Assembly: GCF_009914755.1 (NCBI RefSeq)
Contig: NC_060930.1
Reading direction: 5' to 3' (one strand)
From: the human T2T-CHM13v2.0 reference genome, Homo sapiens
DNA: 64,000 nucleotides
The translations under genes and the position numbers were made by a program. This document shows positions 1 to 19,088 of this stretch, one piece after another. The notes under the pieces were generated by a model. The model saw nothing but the letters and a program-made list of their open reading frames with translations, was not told the origin of the DNA and did no database searches. Each line of letters starts with the position of its first letter. Position 1 is the first letter of the stretch.

Positions 1-821
1 CTAGTACCCACTGCAGATTTCCTTTGCTCGGTGTTTGATAAATCTTCTGTGCTTATGTGTTTAACTATATATTTAAATATAAAGTGAGTTTCTTTTAGAC
101 CAAAAATACCTACATATGGTATGCTTCTTCAGTATGTAGTTTTATATCTTTTTTTGTTTCAGTGAAGTTTTTTGAGTTACAGTTTATTTTTGAACTACAG
201 TTTATTTTTAATATTCTCTTGCTTTAGTTTTCTTCTTCAGTGACTCCTCTTACCTGTATGTTGGATCTTTATTACCTAATGGCAATATTTATCATTTGCT
301 TTTGGATCCTTTTTGTTACTTTTTTAAATTACATTTTTTTCCGTCTGCCTTTCCATTTTTCTTAGACTATTATTTGTTGTCTACGGTTCATTTTGTTTCA
401 TGTTTATTTCTGAAATGTTTTTTCTTTTATTTCCAATTTTTTCTTGATTCTGTCATTTTAATTCTGAATATTTCTTATTTTAAAATTTCAAATTTGGTTG
501 TTCTGTTTTTCCATGTCTTTAATTTTATATGTTTTTTCATCACATACATGTCTTTTAGCTAGTTCTGAAGTAGTAGGTTACAGTTTTAATCTGTTTTTTG
601 GGAAAAGTTTTCTAGATGTGTCTTCATTGTAGAGCTATTATTCTTACTCCTTTTAATATTAACTTTATATGAGATTTTACCTTGATTCTTTCTGCTGATC
701 ATTTTTATGCAATATTAATTTTCCTTTACTTTTAGGAGGAAGTCCTATTCAAGATAGCTTTTTTAACTTCACATACCTCCCTCTTCCGTTGTTTTCATGT
801 AATGTTTAAAAACAAGGCCAT

Positions 822-1032
822 GGCTGGAGGCGGTGGCTCATGCCTATAATCCCAGCAATTTGGGAGGCCAAGGTGGGTGGATCACCTGAGGTCAGGAGTT
901 CGAACCAGCCTGGCCAATATGGCAAAATGCCGTCTCTACTAAAAATAGAAAAATTAGCTGGGCATAGGGCATGTGCCTGTAGTCCCAGCTACTTGGGAGA
1001 CTCCATCTCAAAAAAAAAAAAACAAAAAAAAA
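822..1032 (+). mobile_element. AluS with ~100-nt internal deletion of the right arm
   Basis: Alu left arm, then ctacttgggag joined directly to actccatctc-poly(A); flanking caaggccat repeat. Confidence 0.9.
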
Positions 1033-1290
1033 CCCAAGGCCATTTGTTGAGATGTTCTTGTTCTGTTCCCTTTTTGCACTTTTATCTGGACCATCTCCTT
1101 TTGTATTATCTCTGTTATACCTGTCCTGCTCAATTTTGAGTCAATTCCCAGGTTTTTTCTTTTTCTCAGTTTGGGGTCCTATCCTGGAAGAGAAACTTCA
1201 TGGTCAGATATGAGAGTTTGTAGGGGCTAGACTGTCTCTCCCCATTCCAAGCTTATTGTGGCCCATTCACACTTAATTGTTATTGGACTG

Positions 1291-3599
1291 TGTATTAGTG
1301 TGTTTTCACACTGCTAATAAAGACATACCTGAGACTGGGTAATTTCTAAAGAAAAAGAGGTTTAATGGACTCACAGTTCCACGTGGCTGGGGAGGCCTCA
1401 AATCATGGCAGAAGGCGAAAGGCACATCTTACATTGCAGCAGACAAGAATGGGAGCTAAGTGAAAGGGGTTTCCCCTTATAAAACCATTGACTCTCATGA
1501 GACTTACTCACTACCAAGAGAACAGTAAGGGGAAAACCGCCCCCATGATTCAATTATTTCCCACTGGGTCTCTCCCACAACACATGGGAATTATGGGAGC
1601 TACAATTCAAGATGAAATTTGCGTGGGGACACAGCCAAACCATACCATTCCACCCTTGGCCCCTCCCAAATCTCATGCCCTTACCTTGCAAAACCAATCA
1701 TGCCTTCCCAGCAGGCCCCCAAAGTCTTAACTCATTTCAGCATTAACTCAAAAGTCCATAGTCCAAAGTCTCATCCAAGACAAGGCAAGTCCCTTCCACC
1801 TATGAGCCTGTAAAATCAAAAGCAAGGTAGTTACTTCCTAGATACAGTGGGAATACAGGCATTGGGTAAATACAGCTGTTCCAAATGGAGAAATTGGCCA
1901 AAATGAAGGAGCCACAGGCCCCATGCAAGTCGGAAATCCAGCAGGTCAGTCAAATCTTAAAGCTCGAAAATTATCTCCTTTGACTCTGTGTCTCACATGC
2001 AGGCCACACTGATGCAAGAGGTGGGTTCCTATGGCCTTGGGCAGCTCCACCCCTATGGCTTTGCCCCTGTGTCTTTGCAGGGTATAGCCTCCCTCCTGGC
2101 TGATTTCATGGGCTGGTATTGAGTGCCTGTGGCTTTTCCAGGTACATGGTGCAAGCTGTTGCTGGATCTACCATTCTGAGGTCTGGAGGATGGTGACCCT
2201 CTTCTCGTAGATAACTAGGCAGTGCCCCAGTGGGGACTCTGTGTGGGGGCTTGCATGACACATTTCCTTTCCATGCTGCCCTAGCAGAGGTTCTCCATGA
2301 GGGCCCCACCCCTGCAACAAACTTCTGTTTGGACATCCAGGTATTTCCATATATCCTCTGAAATCTAGGCGGAGGTTCCCAAAAGTCAATTCTTGACTTC
2401 TGTGCACCTGCAGGCTCAACACCACAGGGAAGCTGCCAACCCTTGGGGCTTACACCCTCTGGAGCCATGGTCTGAGCTATACATTGGCCCCTTTTAGCCG
2501 CAGCTGGAGCAGCTGGGATGCAGGGTACCAAGTCCCTAGGCTGCACACAGCAGGGGGCCCTGGCCCTGGCCCACAAAAGCATTTCTTCCTTCTAGGCCCC
2601 TAAGCCTGTGATAGGAGGGGCTGCCAGGAAGGTCTCTGACATGCCCTGAGGACATTTTCCCCATTGTCTTGTTAATTAACATTTGACTCCTCATTACTTA
2701 CGCAGATTTCTGCAACCGGGTTGAATTTCTCCTCAGAAAATGAGTTTTTCTTTCCTATCGCATCATCAGACTGCAAATTTTCCAAACTTTTAGGCTCCGT
2801 TTCCCCTTTAAAATTGAATGGTTTTAACAGCACCCAAGTCACCTCTTGAATGCTTTGCTGCTTAGGCATTTCTTCTGCCAGATACCCTAAGTCATCTCCT
2901 TCAAGTTCAAAGATTTACAAATCTCTAGGGCAGGGGCAAAATGCAGCCAGTCTCTTTCCTAAAACATAGCAAGAGTCACCTTTACTCCGGTTCCCAACAA
3001 GTTCCTCATCTCCATCTGAGACCACATCAGCCTTGGTTTCATCATCCATATCATTATCAGCATTTTGGTCAAAGCTAGTCAGCAAGTCTCTAGGAAGCTC
3101 CAAATGTTCCCACATTTTCCTGTCTTCTTCTGAGCCCTCCAAACTGTTCCAGCCTCTGCCTGTTCCCCAGTTCCAAAGTCACTTCCACATTTTTGGTATC
3201 TTTACAGCAGTGCCCCACTCCCGGTACCAGTTTACTGTATTAGTCTGTTTTCATGCTGCTGATAAAGACATACCCAAGACTGGAGTAATTTATAAAGAAA
3301 AAGAGGTTTTAATGGACTCACAGTTTCACATGCCTGGGGAGGCCTCACAATCATGGCAGAAGGTGAAAGGCACGTCTCACATGGCGGCAGACAATAGAGA
3401 ATGAGAGCCAAGTGAAAGAGGTTTCCTCTTATAAAACCATCAGGTCTTGTGAGACATATTTATGACCACGAGAACAGTAAGGGGAAAACCGCCCCCATGA
3501 TTCAGTTATCTCCAACTGGGTCTCTCCCACAACGCCTGAGAATTATGGGAGCTACAATTCAAGATGAGATTTGGGTGGTGACAGAACCAAACCATATCA
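1291..3599 (-). mobile_element. Full-length THE1 (ERVL-MaLR) element: LTR 1291-1647, internal 1648-3235, LTR 3236-3599
   Basis: Two ~360-bp direct repeats with TG..CA ends, polypurine tract next to the left LTR, 5-bp TSD gactg (1286-1290 / 3600-3604). Confidence 0.93.
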
Positions 3600-3736
3600 G
3601 ACTGGGGAAAAATCCTTTTCAACTTCCTGTGCTTTTCTCAGATTGGTTCATTGTGATTTCCAGTTTATATATCTCTTGAATGTTTTGGTATTTTTTTCTC
3701 AGATCCATTGGACTCCCCATTAGTTGCAGGCCATCA

Positions 3737-3806
3737 GGCAGGTCTAGTGGTCATTGTAGTGGTTTGTTTCTGGCAGGTCTAGTGGTCATTGTAGTGGTTT
3801 GTTTCT
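3737..3806. repeat. Perfect 35-bp tandem duplication
   Basis: ggcaggtctagtggtcattgtagtggtttgtttct x2. Confidence 0.95.
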
Positions 3807-4717
3807 ACCTGATGGCATTTTGAAGTTTGTGGGGATAATCAGTTAGTTAGTTTTGTTGTAACTATCATCTATTGGTTTTTAGTTTTTCTACCTATGCCTT
3901 TCTGTTTTCTCTTTTCTGGGGAGATTCTGGGAACTTAGAAAATTATTTCTGCTGTTAAAGAATTTTTATGATAAGCAACATTTCATAGAATAAAATTTTA
4001 GTTAAAGGTAATTTGGAGAACTCTGTGTTAGAATATTATTTAATCTCTTAGGGGTTTGGCCCTTGGATAAATTTTCATAGTGTCTTGTAGAACCAGGCAC
4101 GTAATAAGCTTTCAGTAAACAATTCTTGGTATACATTTATTCAAGAAAACCATAGGCCAAAAAGCCTTTTTTCTTATTTTGTGGAAGGATTTCTCATTAT
4201 AATTTGATCAAGCTAACAACATTTCTCAAATTAGGGCCTCAGGTATATGCTTAACTTTTTAAGTTAATTGAGATTCAGTTGATGCTGAACCCTTGCTAGA
4301 ATCATTAAATGCATCTTCAAAGAAGAGCAGAGAATGGGAGCAGCCTATAGCATTGGGTTATTGTATTGCCTGCATGTGAAGATTGAGGTAAAGAAAGAAA
4401 GTGATACTGTCTATAACAAAATTTAATCTGTGAAGTTTAATAAGAGATTTGCATTTTAAGCAATCCATTTGGAAAAAAGTATATAAATTTTTAATGTTGA
4501 ATGTGCAAGATTATGCCCTATATTTTCTTTTTCCTCTTGATTTGTTAAAAATTTTTAAGGTTAAACTTTAAATAAGGTCAGTAATACTAATAGTTTTTTT
4601 GAAAATGGCATATTTTAGAATTTTCTGTTACATGTAGGTGATTATCACTATGTCAAAGGAGTGAACAAAATTGTTAAGATGTTACTTAGTGGAGGATTTT
4701 CATTTAACTCCTAATTC

Positions 4718-7397
<2,680 letters not shown>

Positions 7398-7799
7398 GAT
7401 TTAAGTCTAAATTCTAAACTGCCTAATTTAGGTAGAACTGAGAGAGAATAAATAATAAGTTATTTGGAGATAGGGGCTTAAGTCCCCCTATAGAGTACAG
7501 GAAGTTGTTAGGTGGTGTTGAAAGAATACATGTATGTATCAGTCATCTAGAAACATAATTATTAATTTTATTGCACATAATATTTTAGAGGTGTATTCAC
7601 TTTCCTGCTTTGTGTGAATATAATGGTAGAAGATAGCATTCATAGTTAAAATACTGGCCTGGGACTGTAGAACTGGGTTCTGCTTCTGGCTCTATTAACT
7701 AAATGGTGGGTGATCTTCAGTACTTGAAGAAAGTGGCTTTTAAAAAATATTGTATTATCTGGTCATATGGTAAGTTTTAATATTTTTTAAATGTATCAC

Positions 7800-8240
7800 T
7801 ATTATTTGTATAGTAACCTTTATTTGTTTACCAATCACTGAACGCATACCACAATGTGCTGAGGGCCTTTCAGGTAGAAAGGTGGAAGAAAGCCTGTCGT
7901 GTTTGAGAAAGTAGCGTTCTGTGACCAGAGTGCTAGGTGCAGTTATATGTGTCAGAGGAGGTAAAGGTGAAGGTTACAGCCAGTGACTGGTTTGGTGCTG
8001 ATCTTATGAGTGATAGTAGGGAGAGAGTAGGGAGCTCTTAAAATATTCCTGCAATAGCCTAGGCAATAGATGACTAGATCCTGAATTAATGTAATGGCAG
8101 TGGACTTGATAAACAGGAGATGCCTACAAAGAATATATTGAGGAGTCAGAATAACCAAGACTTTTGGCAGAAGAGGGGAGAGTCCAGGATGATTCCTGAG
8201 CTGGGCCTTAAGCACCTAGAGTGAAAGTGATGGTTTATTC
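7800..8240 (-). mobile_element. Degenerate L2 fragment
   Basis: Purine-rich L2-like motifs (agagtccaggatgattcctgagctgg); boundaries approximate. Confidence 0.5.
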
Positions 8241-9553
8241 CTGGACTTTAAGTGGTATGGATATTATAGTAAGTAGAGATGACAGAAGAGTGTAATGTGA
8301 AGCTTTTCCAATTTTGTCATAACAATGTTTAATTGCATTGCTTACAAAAAAGAATACATTCTCTCCATTTGTAGTAATTAGCAAATGCTGCAACAGATAA
8401 ATCAATATCTGAGAATATCTAGAAATTGTGAAAAGTATGAAAACTGCTACCTCTAATTCCACATCATCATTAAAAAATTTGAATTGTGTGGTTTATTCTT
8501 TAAAAAAATAATTAAAACAGAGAACAGCTTCCCCTAAAAAACAAGTTTATGAAACTGAAGGAATGGACTCTGTATTAAATATTTCCAAAGAGTTCCTGAG
8601 ACCAAAAACGGTGGCCCTTCTTTTCCAGCAGCTGGAATCCAAAAGATCTTGAAACCAGTCCTGAAAGGCTTGCTCCTATGCAAGAAATCCTGGTGAATTT
8701 TGAGAGGAAGATAGAGAAATTTCTCGAAAATTTCAAGTGGTAGTAGAGGTGAGTTACTGCCATGAAGAATTTATCCAGGGACTAAAAATATTCATTTTTC
8801 TTTATAAAAGTTTTTAAAAATATGTATATTTAGCTGGAAATAAGATTTTCAGTTGAAAATCCTAGTCTTTGTGTTTTAAAGCTTTTAATGAATAGAAAAT
8901 AATAGAGCAAGTAGTTTCCCCCCTCCCACACAAATACATTAAAAATTTAAGAAAGTTTTAATCATCAGCAACAATGATGTTTCTATAAGATGATGATACT
9001 GGAAAAATGCATGGTAAATAAATGCCATATTTATGCTTTGAATGTATTTTGAGTGTAAGATCTGCTTGGATGAGATTTTTTAAAATATGTATTCATGATC
9101 TTTTTGATTTATGAGAAGACTTTTTTCTCCTTAGTAAAGGAGGAAGTCTCCTTTTTCTGATTCAAGTGCTGCTTGGATACCCTACTGAAGCTCCCTCTAG
9201 ATAGTATTTTACTTAGAAACAATGCAGGATTACTATAGCCCCTTCTAATTATTTTATTTAGTTGTTGGGAATAGAAAATATGTGGACATGGTACAAACTT
9301 TAAAGGGTACAAAAGTGCAGTGAATATTCTCCCTCCCACTTCTGTCTCTGTCATTCAGTTGCCCTCCATAGAAGTAACCATATTTATCAGTTTTTTGTAT
9401 ATTTTTCCTCACATATTTTATGCATATATATATATATACACAGACTTATAGTTGGCATACATTTTTATATCCTTACAAAAATCTTTTGACCCATAGGTAG
9501 GACTCTTCTTTCTCTCAATCAGTTCCTCAGAAAATGGAGTAGAAGAAAATTGG

Positions 9554-9918
9554 CATATTAGTGTGTTCTCACACTGCTATAAAAATACCACCTGAGACTG
9601 GGTAATTTATAAGGAAAGGAGGTTTAATTGACTCGGTTCCTCATGGCTGGGAGGCCCCAGGAAACTTATAATTATGGCGGAAGGCGAGGGGAAAGCAAGG
9701 CACATCTTATATGGCAGCAGGAGAGAGAGAAGCGTGCAGGGGAAACTGCCATTTTTAAAACCATCAGATCTCATGAGAACTCCCTCACTATCGTGAGAAC
9801 AGCATGGGGGAACAGATCCCCATGATTCAATCACCTCCCACCAAGTCCCTTCCCAACACCTGACGTGTGGGTATTACGAGATGAGATCTGGGTGGGGACA
9901 CGAAGCCAAACCATATCA
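9554..9918 (-). mobile_element. MST-type MaLR solo LTR
   Basis: MaLR LTR motifs ending aaccatatca; 5-bp TSD attgg. Confidence 0.88.
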
Positions 9919-11395
9919 ATTGGGTAGAAAACTATTTTAAATAGTTATTAGATTAATTTTCTTCCTCCAGATTAAAACATAGGCATGTGGCATCCTTCTG
10001 TTAAACATTGATATTTAAGATTTGACTATTTTAACATTTTGCAGTTTTGCCATTGGGAATTTAGAAGATGTAATTGCAACTTAATTGTAACCTAATCATT
10101 TGCAATATCTGCTTCTCTATTTTTCCCCCACTTACCTCATTTAAAAAAAAAAAAACAACCAGTAAACCTCAAAGGACAAGTCAGTACACATATACAAATT
10201 TGTGAAAACTATGCAGATAGCTTCCTGAAACAATACGTTAGAATGAATTTTAGTTTTACTATTAATGGCTGTTGTTCAGGTACTTCTTAGCATCTGAGGG
10301 ACAAAGTACAGGGGTAAGAAGAAGATACTGAGAAAAAGGGAGATGTATAAAGAAGGAAAGTCCAAGAAGCCACATTTATGAGGCTTAGCCACTGAGCATG
10401 GAATGGACTGTATTTGGCTTTAGTTGGCCTAGGACAAGTAGAAGCCATACCTTGAAGTAGATTATTCACTTAGAGACCTCTGGTTTCCAAGATTTTGGAA
10501 GATTAAAACAAAATATTTGACAAGTCTTCTTTTCAGGGGAATGCATTATTAATTTGGAATTTCAGGTGGTATGTCATTTATTTTGCCTCTTATTATATTT
10601 AATTATTGTTTCCTGATCCTGACAGTGACGTAAACTTGGGCACACTTTGTTTTATCTGTTCCTACTCTTTATCTTCACATATTTATTTCAAGGTTCTGTT
10701 TTCAGTAAAGCTGTTATGTGCTGCTTAATTGCCATTTGTCACTGGAGATGCCCTGTTGACATAAAACAGTGATTTTTTAAAAAAATATTTACAGTACTGT
10801 TAAAAATGAATGAAATCTCCTATTACATTTGCTTGCTTACTCATTGATTCTACCTACTTTCTTTTTATCTATTCCCATGTTTAGTTATACGTGTTATTTT
10901 TTGTATGTTTTAGTTTCTTAAATTAGACAAATGTGATAAGCAAATGTCATTTAAAATTTTAAATTGACAGCCCCAATTCTCTTCAGTCTCTGTAAAATAT
11001 AAATGACTTAAAATTGTTTTAGAATAGGGGTTTTGCTGTTTTAATGCTAAAACTGTGATTGGGTAAAATGTTTTGTACTTAGGAAGTTTCACAAATAGAA
11101 ATGTTTCATATACATTAGATTGCAGTGACAGTATGTTGGGCAGTAGATGAATTTCAGCAATTCAAAAAGTATTTTAAAATATTGACTTCCAAGTGATGTG
11201 ATGCTTTGGGCTGGTGATGTTGTATGTACTAGATTATGTGGGGAAACTAAAAACACATCGATTATGGATTGATGAGGGCAAAATACTTTTAATAGTAAGG
11301 TTTAGGATTCTTCAATGGTTTATTACACCATTTCCAGGTGAAGCCTGCCTTTGTAATTATAAGGGTGGTAAGTTTGGATGAAGATGAGTCAACTA

Positions 11396-11812
<417 letters not shown>

Positions 11813-13644
11813 TCAGTCTACTGGCAGAAGTACATGTTCACTTATTCCTCAATATGTTAATATATTTTTCTTAAAGTAAACATGAATGTTGAGTTTGTAT
11901 TCAATAGATTCTTACAATCATTTCTTACTTTGTCAAGAATATCAATACATTTTCTCCTCACTTGCTTGACTTGTTTTTTAAATCTTCATTTTGAGATGAA
12001 GTATAGTTTAATGAGTAAATAAATGTCTACTTAAAAATATTTAAAAAATAAATTTAATAGAAACTTTAACTTAAGTAGTTCAGAGTCCTCCCCTTTCTTT
12101 TTTCATACTTGAAGTGTGAGATAAAGAGAAAAAAAAATACTGACAGGGAATGATGTGACTTCTCTAAAGCCAAAGAATTTTCAAAATTACTAAGATCTTT
12201 GAATTTTTAGTGATTTATTTGATAGCCTCACAATTATCCCTCCTGTAGAAGTGAAAGCAAGTTTAGAAAATTTAAGTGTTTCAAAATGATGCTAAGTACT
12301 AAGTATTAAAATAGTACTTAGGGTCCGTCTTGATTCATAGGAACTAGATGGTAGAGGTTCAGATAGCTAGTTTATTACCAATAATTTAAAAAATAGAACT
12401 TAGTTTTTCTTTTAGACAAAAGTACATGTCATTTATCCCCTCCACACCCCCTGTTTTTTTGCAACCAGTCTGCTTGACGTAGCTTTGGAAAACTGAATAA
12501 TTAATTGCCAAAGAATAAGCAGAAGCATTTTTGGTGAGAGAACCTAAAAGAAAAGGAATAATGTTTTAACAACAGGAATGATGTTTTAATAATAGAGGTA
12601 ACACTTATAGCATCTTCTGTCTTGTCGTAAAATTTTCTAGATACTTATTTTGACTAGCTGCTGCATGGTGATATGGATTGGGAGTGAAGGAACTGAACCT
12701 TAGTGTCAGCCGTGTCACTAATGCATTATATTAACCAGTAGAAAAATCATACAACCTCTTTGTGCCTCAGTTTCCTCTCTGTAAAGTGAAAACCAGGCCT
12801 CTAAAACTAAGAGCCTGCTGTTAGTAAGCCCTGCAGGACATAGTCCCAGTTCCACTGGATGAAGCCTGAAATATCAAAATCATTGATGGGTGATGTTGGT
12901 TCTATTGCAAGTTGAATTATGGAGACTGATAGAATCTTAGGCCTGTTACTTAACATCTTTACAGATTCTGTTTCTTTTCCTGTAAAATTAAGATAATAAT
13001 GCCTGTCTCATGGTTGTTTTGAAATTTAAAATTGCAAATATAGGTAAAGTGTTGAGGCTAATGCTTGTGTCACTGTAGCTATTATGCTATTTTTATTATT
13101 TTTTTCCTGCTACTTACTGGGCAGAGTTTACTCTTCAGGGCCTTGAGTCCTTGAGGACAGCTAGTTTGCCCCATATTCTTTATCGCCTCCCCAAAACATC
13201 AGCTCCTGTTGTTTTTTTCCCCTGCCCTCTCATTTCCAAATTGCCCAATCTTTCATTTTCACTGGTTCTTTCACTGCTCCCCTACCTCCCACCCTTTTCT
13301 AGTCTACTTTTTAGAAACCTAGAAACTAAGCTTACCAATATATTTTTTATAGTCACAAAATGATCTCTCTACATCTGTGATGTCATTGAATTCTTATTTC
13401 CCCAAATCCCAACTAACAAACACATCCATGCACTTTTACGCAGTCACTTTTTGGCAGTGGTCTCCTATAGAAATGACTCATTATTCCACATCACCTCTAC
13501 CTTTCAGATTTTAATGTTACTATTTGTGATAACATCACTAGAACAGTGTTTAATAGTTTGGTATAATGTACATATCTGCCTTGTTCCTAATTATTTTTTA
13601 TTTCCCCCCCGAGATATTAATGAGCTACATTAAATAGATATGTA

Positions 13645-13816
13645 CAGTCATAGTCATTGAATATAAGATACTGCTGATTTTAAGAAGCACATCCACTTTA
13701 CGGACCAATAAGAAAAAAAATACCAATTATTAGACACCATCAATTGTGAGATGTATTCCTATTTCAAAGACGTTAAAATATGAAAAAATGTAAACGAGGA
13801 TTGATGAGATATAGTA
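13645..13816. mobile_element. MER104-like TcMar MITE
   Basis: Resembles recalled MER104 consensus (gacaccatcaattgtgagatg...aaaatatgaaaaaatg). Confidence 0.6.
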
Positions 13817-15523
13817 TAGCATTTTTAATCTTAACTTTTCTGTTAAAATTTCTATATATTCTTGCTTGATAGAAACTTTTCAAATTTTCTTACTTTTGCA
13901 CTTTCAGTGAACTGTATCTGAATTACTTTTTGCTTCATTGCAGACTAAGGCATTTTTACTTGGTCTAGTTCTTTCCAAATGTTTAATGTCTTTATGATTA
14001 CATAACTTGATCATCTTCTGTTTACAAATTCCCATCACGGCACAAAGATGCAGCATCATTTGAATGCTTGAGATGGAAAACATTTTTTCGATTTTCAGGA
14101 AGGGTGAGCTATACTGAAATTTTCTCAGCTCCTCTCCCCACACACAGAATTACGTATTAACTCTTCTTATGCTAACTTCATGCTAGTAGCCACTGTGATG
14201 TCATAGAGCCCTCTGACTTTATACTGTTTACCTTTTATAATTTTTTTATTTTACACAATTTTGAAGCTCAGATTTATTTTGCCTTCTATGTCATCTTGGA
14301 GCTTAATGGTAAAGCCCGCCCCTTTAATCCATTTTTCTCACTGCCCTCCGCCCCCCGCCCATTACTTCACTTTCTCATTATCTCTAGAGGGAAGACTTAG
14401 AAATGTAGTTTACTCTGAGAGAATACTTACATTGAGGTGAGGAAGAATAGATACCTAGAGGTGATTGTATATTGGAATTTAGTGCACTTTAAAACTCTCA
14501 GTTGGGAGAAGAGTCACTATATTTTTTGTTTGAAGAAAGATAGTTCTGTGTATACTTGAGGGCTACAACTCAACGCAGATGTCAGGTAACCTGTTAAATC
14601 TGGATTGTCATCTCAAGGACATAGGGGTGTGTGTCTGGGAAACAGGAAGAAAAAGAAATATTATGAAAACTGATCTCTCTACCAGTTAAAACATTTTAAG
14701 GAACTGAAGTTCTGTGTAAATGATGTCATATAATATTGTAATGTTCTTAAATCTTACATTTAGTTTCTAATATAATAGAATATTAAGGAAGTACTGTTTG
14801 GATAGTCATTCCTCATAGATGACACTGAAACCTAATTAAACTGGTTGAAATGATTATCAAATTGTTTTATTCTTACTGAGCAATTGTTCTTACCATTGGA
14901 ATTCACAGATTTTTAGGGAGGAGTTTCTATGAACTGAACTTATATGTAAAGTTTGGGCATTAGGCACAATTTATTAGGGTTTTGTAGGGAAACTCCTCAA
15001 AGGGATTATTATTAATAACTCAAAAGAAATTAATACATTTTTACAGAGTTTTAGGTCAGCACTGTTTCTCTCTTATCTGGCCTTCATTGTGATCTTGATT
15101 GTAAATCAGTAGAATCCCAGGGTATTTCAAAGCTCAAAAGAAAGAAAACTTCTCAGCCCTGGAAACGGGAGCATTGTTCAAGTGGTGCACTAGAAAAAAT
15201 GGCAGTACTGCCTACAAACTATGAGGGAATTCACTGTTAGGAAGTAGTAAGTGTAAAGGTGGTACTGTTTTCACAAAAAAAGACATTTAGATTATGGACT
15301 ATGGATCAACATACGTTGATAAATGTGAAGGATTAAAAATATGCTTCTGTTTTAACTTGAGTGATTAATTTCGTAGTTGTGATTTAAATTATATTTCTAA
15401 GGAGAATATATATTGGAAATAATAAATTATTTGGTATTTGTGTATATGTATGTATGTGTATGTATGTGCAGGAATCACTTTTTAATGTTTATGTGAGTAA
15501 TTAAAAAATTTTTTTTATTATAG

Positions 15524-15609
15524 TGCATGCAAGATATGGGAAATACTAAAGCAAGACTACTCTATGAAGCCAATCTTCCAGAGAACTTTCGAAGACCACA
15601 GACAGATCA
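15524..15609 (+). CDS. SMAP1: SMAP1 coding exon (exon 3), ArfGAP domain C-terminal part, 86 nt
   Basis: Acceptor ttttttattatag|TGC; encodes [28 protein letters not shown] + CA, recognised as SMAP1; donor gtatccttt. Confidence 0.97.
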
Positions 15610-15848
15610 GTATCCTTTAAAACTTATTTGTTTTGAGTTTAAAAAACATTAACTCATTTTTACAGTTCATATTTTATCTGTTAGTATTTAGGAAGATGTG
15701 AACTTTATCACGCTACTGTTCATTAAAGATAGAAATTGACTTGCTGTGAGCTGTGCTTTGTATATGGTAGGTTTTTAGTAGGAATTTGGCACACAGATTA
15801 CATAATTACATAAAAATACACGATACATATGGTATTTAGATGTGATTA

Positions 15849-16209
15849 CAGACCCCTGATTCACAATGATTATTTGACTTACGATTTTTCCACTTCATGA
15901 TGGTGAGAAAGCAGTATGCGTTTGGTAGAAACTGTACTTTGAGTACTAGTGTAACCATTCTGTTTTCACATTCAGTACAGTATTCAGTAAATTACATGAG
16001 ATATTCAATACTTTATTAAAAATATGCTTTGTGTTAGAAGATTTTGCTCAACCGTAGGCTAATGTTAGTGTTCTGAGCACATTTAATGTAGGCTAGGCTA
16101 GGCTATGTTTGGTAGATTAGGTGTATTAAATGCATTTTTGACTTAAAATATTTTCAACTTAGGATGGGTTTACTGGGGCCTAACCCATTGTAAGTTGAGG
16201 GGCATCTCT
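15849..16209 (-). mobile_element. MER47A-like Tigger MITE
   Basis: gtaggctaggctaggctatg...ggtgtattaaatgcattt...gtaagttgaggggcatct motifs. Confidence 0.7.
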
Positions 16210-16508
16210 GTTACTAAGTGTAAAATGTTATGACTGATTCTTCTTGATTGTTCTCCATCTCTCAATTGGAAAGTATATGCTGTTTATTATTTTAGACTGT
16301 TACTAGAAACTTGATTTGTAAGCATCCTGAGTATGTTAGAAATCATTTCCATATATTCTTTGATTACCTTTATATAGTAGTTATATTTATGTGAGGCATT
16401 GTGGCATTTAGAAGGCAAATTACATAGTATTTTTTACATAGCGTAAATTCTGAGTAATTTACACTACTGACACTCTGTTGTAGGTTGCACAACTATGTTT
16501 GCTTTATG

Positions 16509-16581
16509 AATCCACCTTTATGAGTGGATAGAATTGTTTCCCACATAATCCACCTTTATGAGTGGATAGAATAGTTTCCCA
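16509..16581. repeat. 38-bp-period tandem duplication
   Basis: aatccacctttatgagtggatagaat(t/a)gtttccca x2. Confidence 0.9.
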
Positions 16582-17209
16582 TGAAAACATTTTAATATGT
16601 TTTTTATGTTTTCTAAATATAAAATCATAATTCTGTAGGATTTTTATAACTCATAGTTTAAAAAAGCAGCTCATCAAAATTGTGCTGCTTTATAAATAAG
16701 ATTATCTGATTAATTGTAGGTACGTGGATTCTGTTTGAAGGTAACATTTGTGACTTTGACAATAAAATGTAGTTTATTAACGATCAATTATATTGTACCC
16801 ATTTGTATAGTAAAACAATTTGTGTGGCCAGTGGAGGAAATATCTTTTCTCACACAGAGATATAGGTCATTATATATTTATTTCCACATTTGGACAGAAA
16901 CCTTTTAAATTATAATTGAGAAGTTAGTAATTTGTATTTGGCGTTTTCTGTTTCTGTTCGCCCCACTCCTTTCTCACAAATTTAGCAGTCTGATATCCGA
17001 AGCTGTATTTGTTATAGAAAGTTTGCAGGGTTAATGGTAGAAGGTTCATTTCAGGTATAAAAAATTGTGTGAGTAAAAGTATGGAGGTATGAGAGAACAT
17101 GACCTTTTAGGTCAGAAGAAGCTTGGAAGGTATTTTGGTCCAAATTGCAAAGGGTTTTCAGTATGATGTAGAGTAGTTTAGACCTCATTTCATTGGCCCA
17201 AGTGTTTAA

Positions 17210-19088
<1,879 letters not shown>

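Noticed and set aside
1488-3679. ORFs of 64-158 aa
   Set aside because: All lie within THE1 LTR or internal sequence; degenerate MaLR frames.
14313-14360. GC boxes as an internal promoter
   Set aside because: No CpG island or other promoter evidence.
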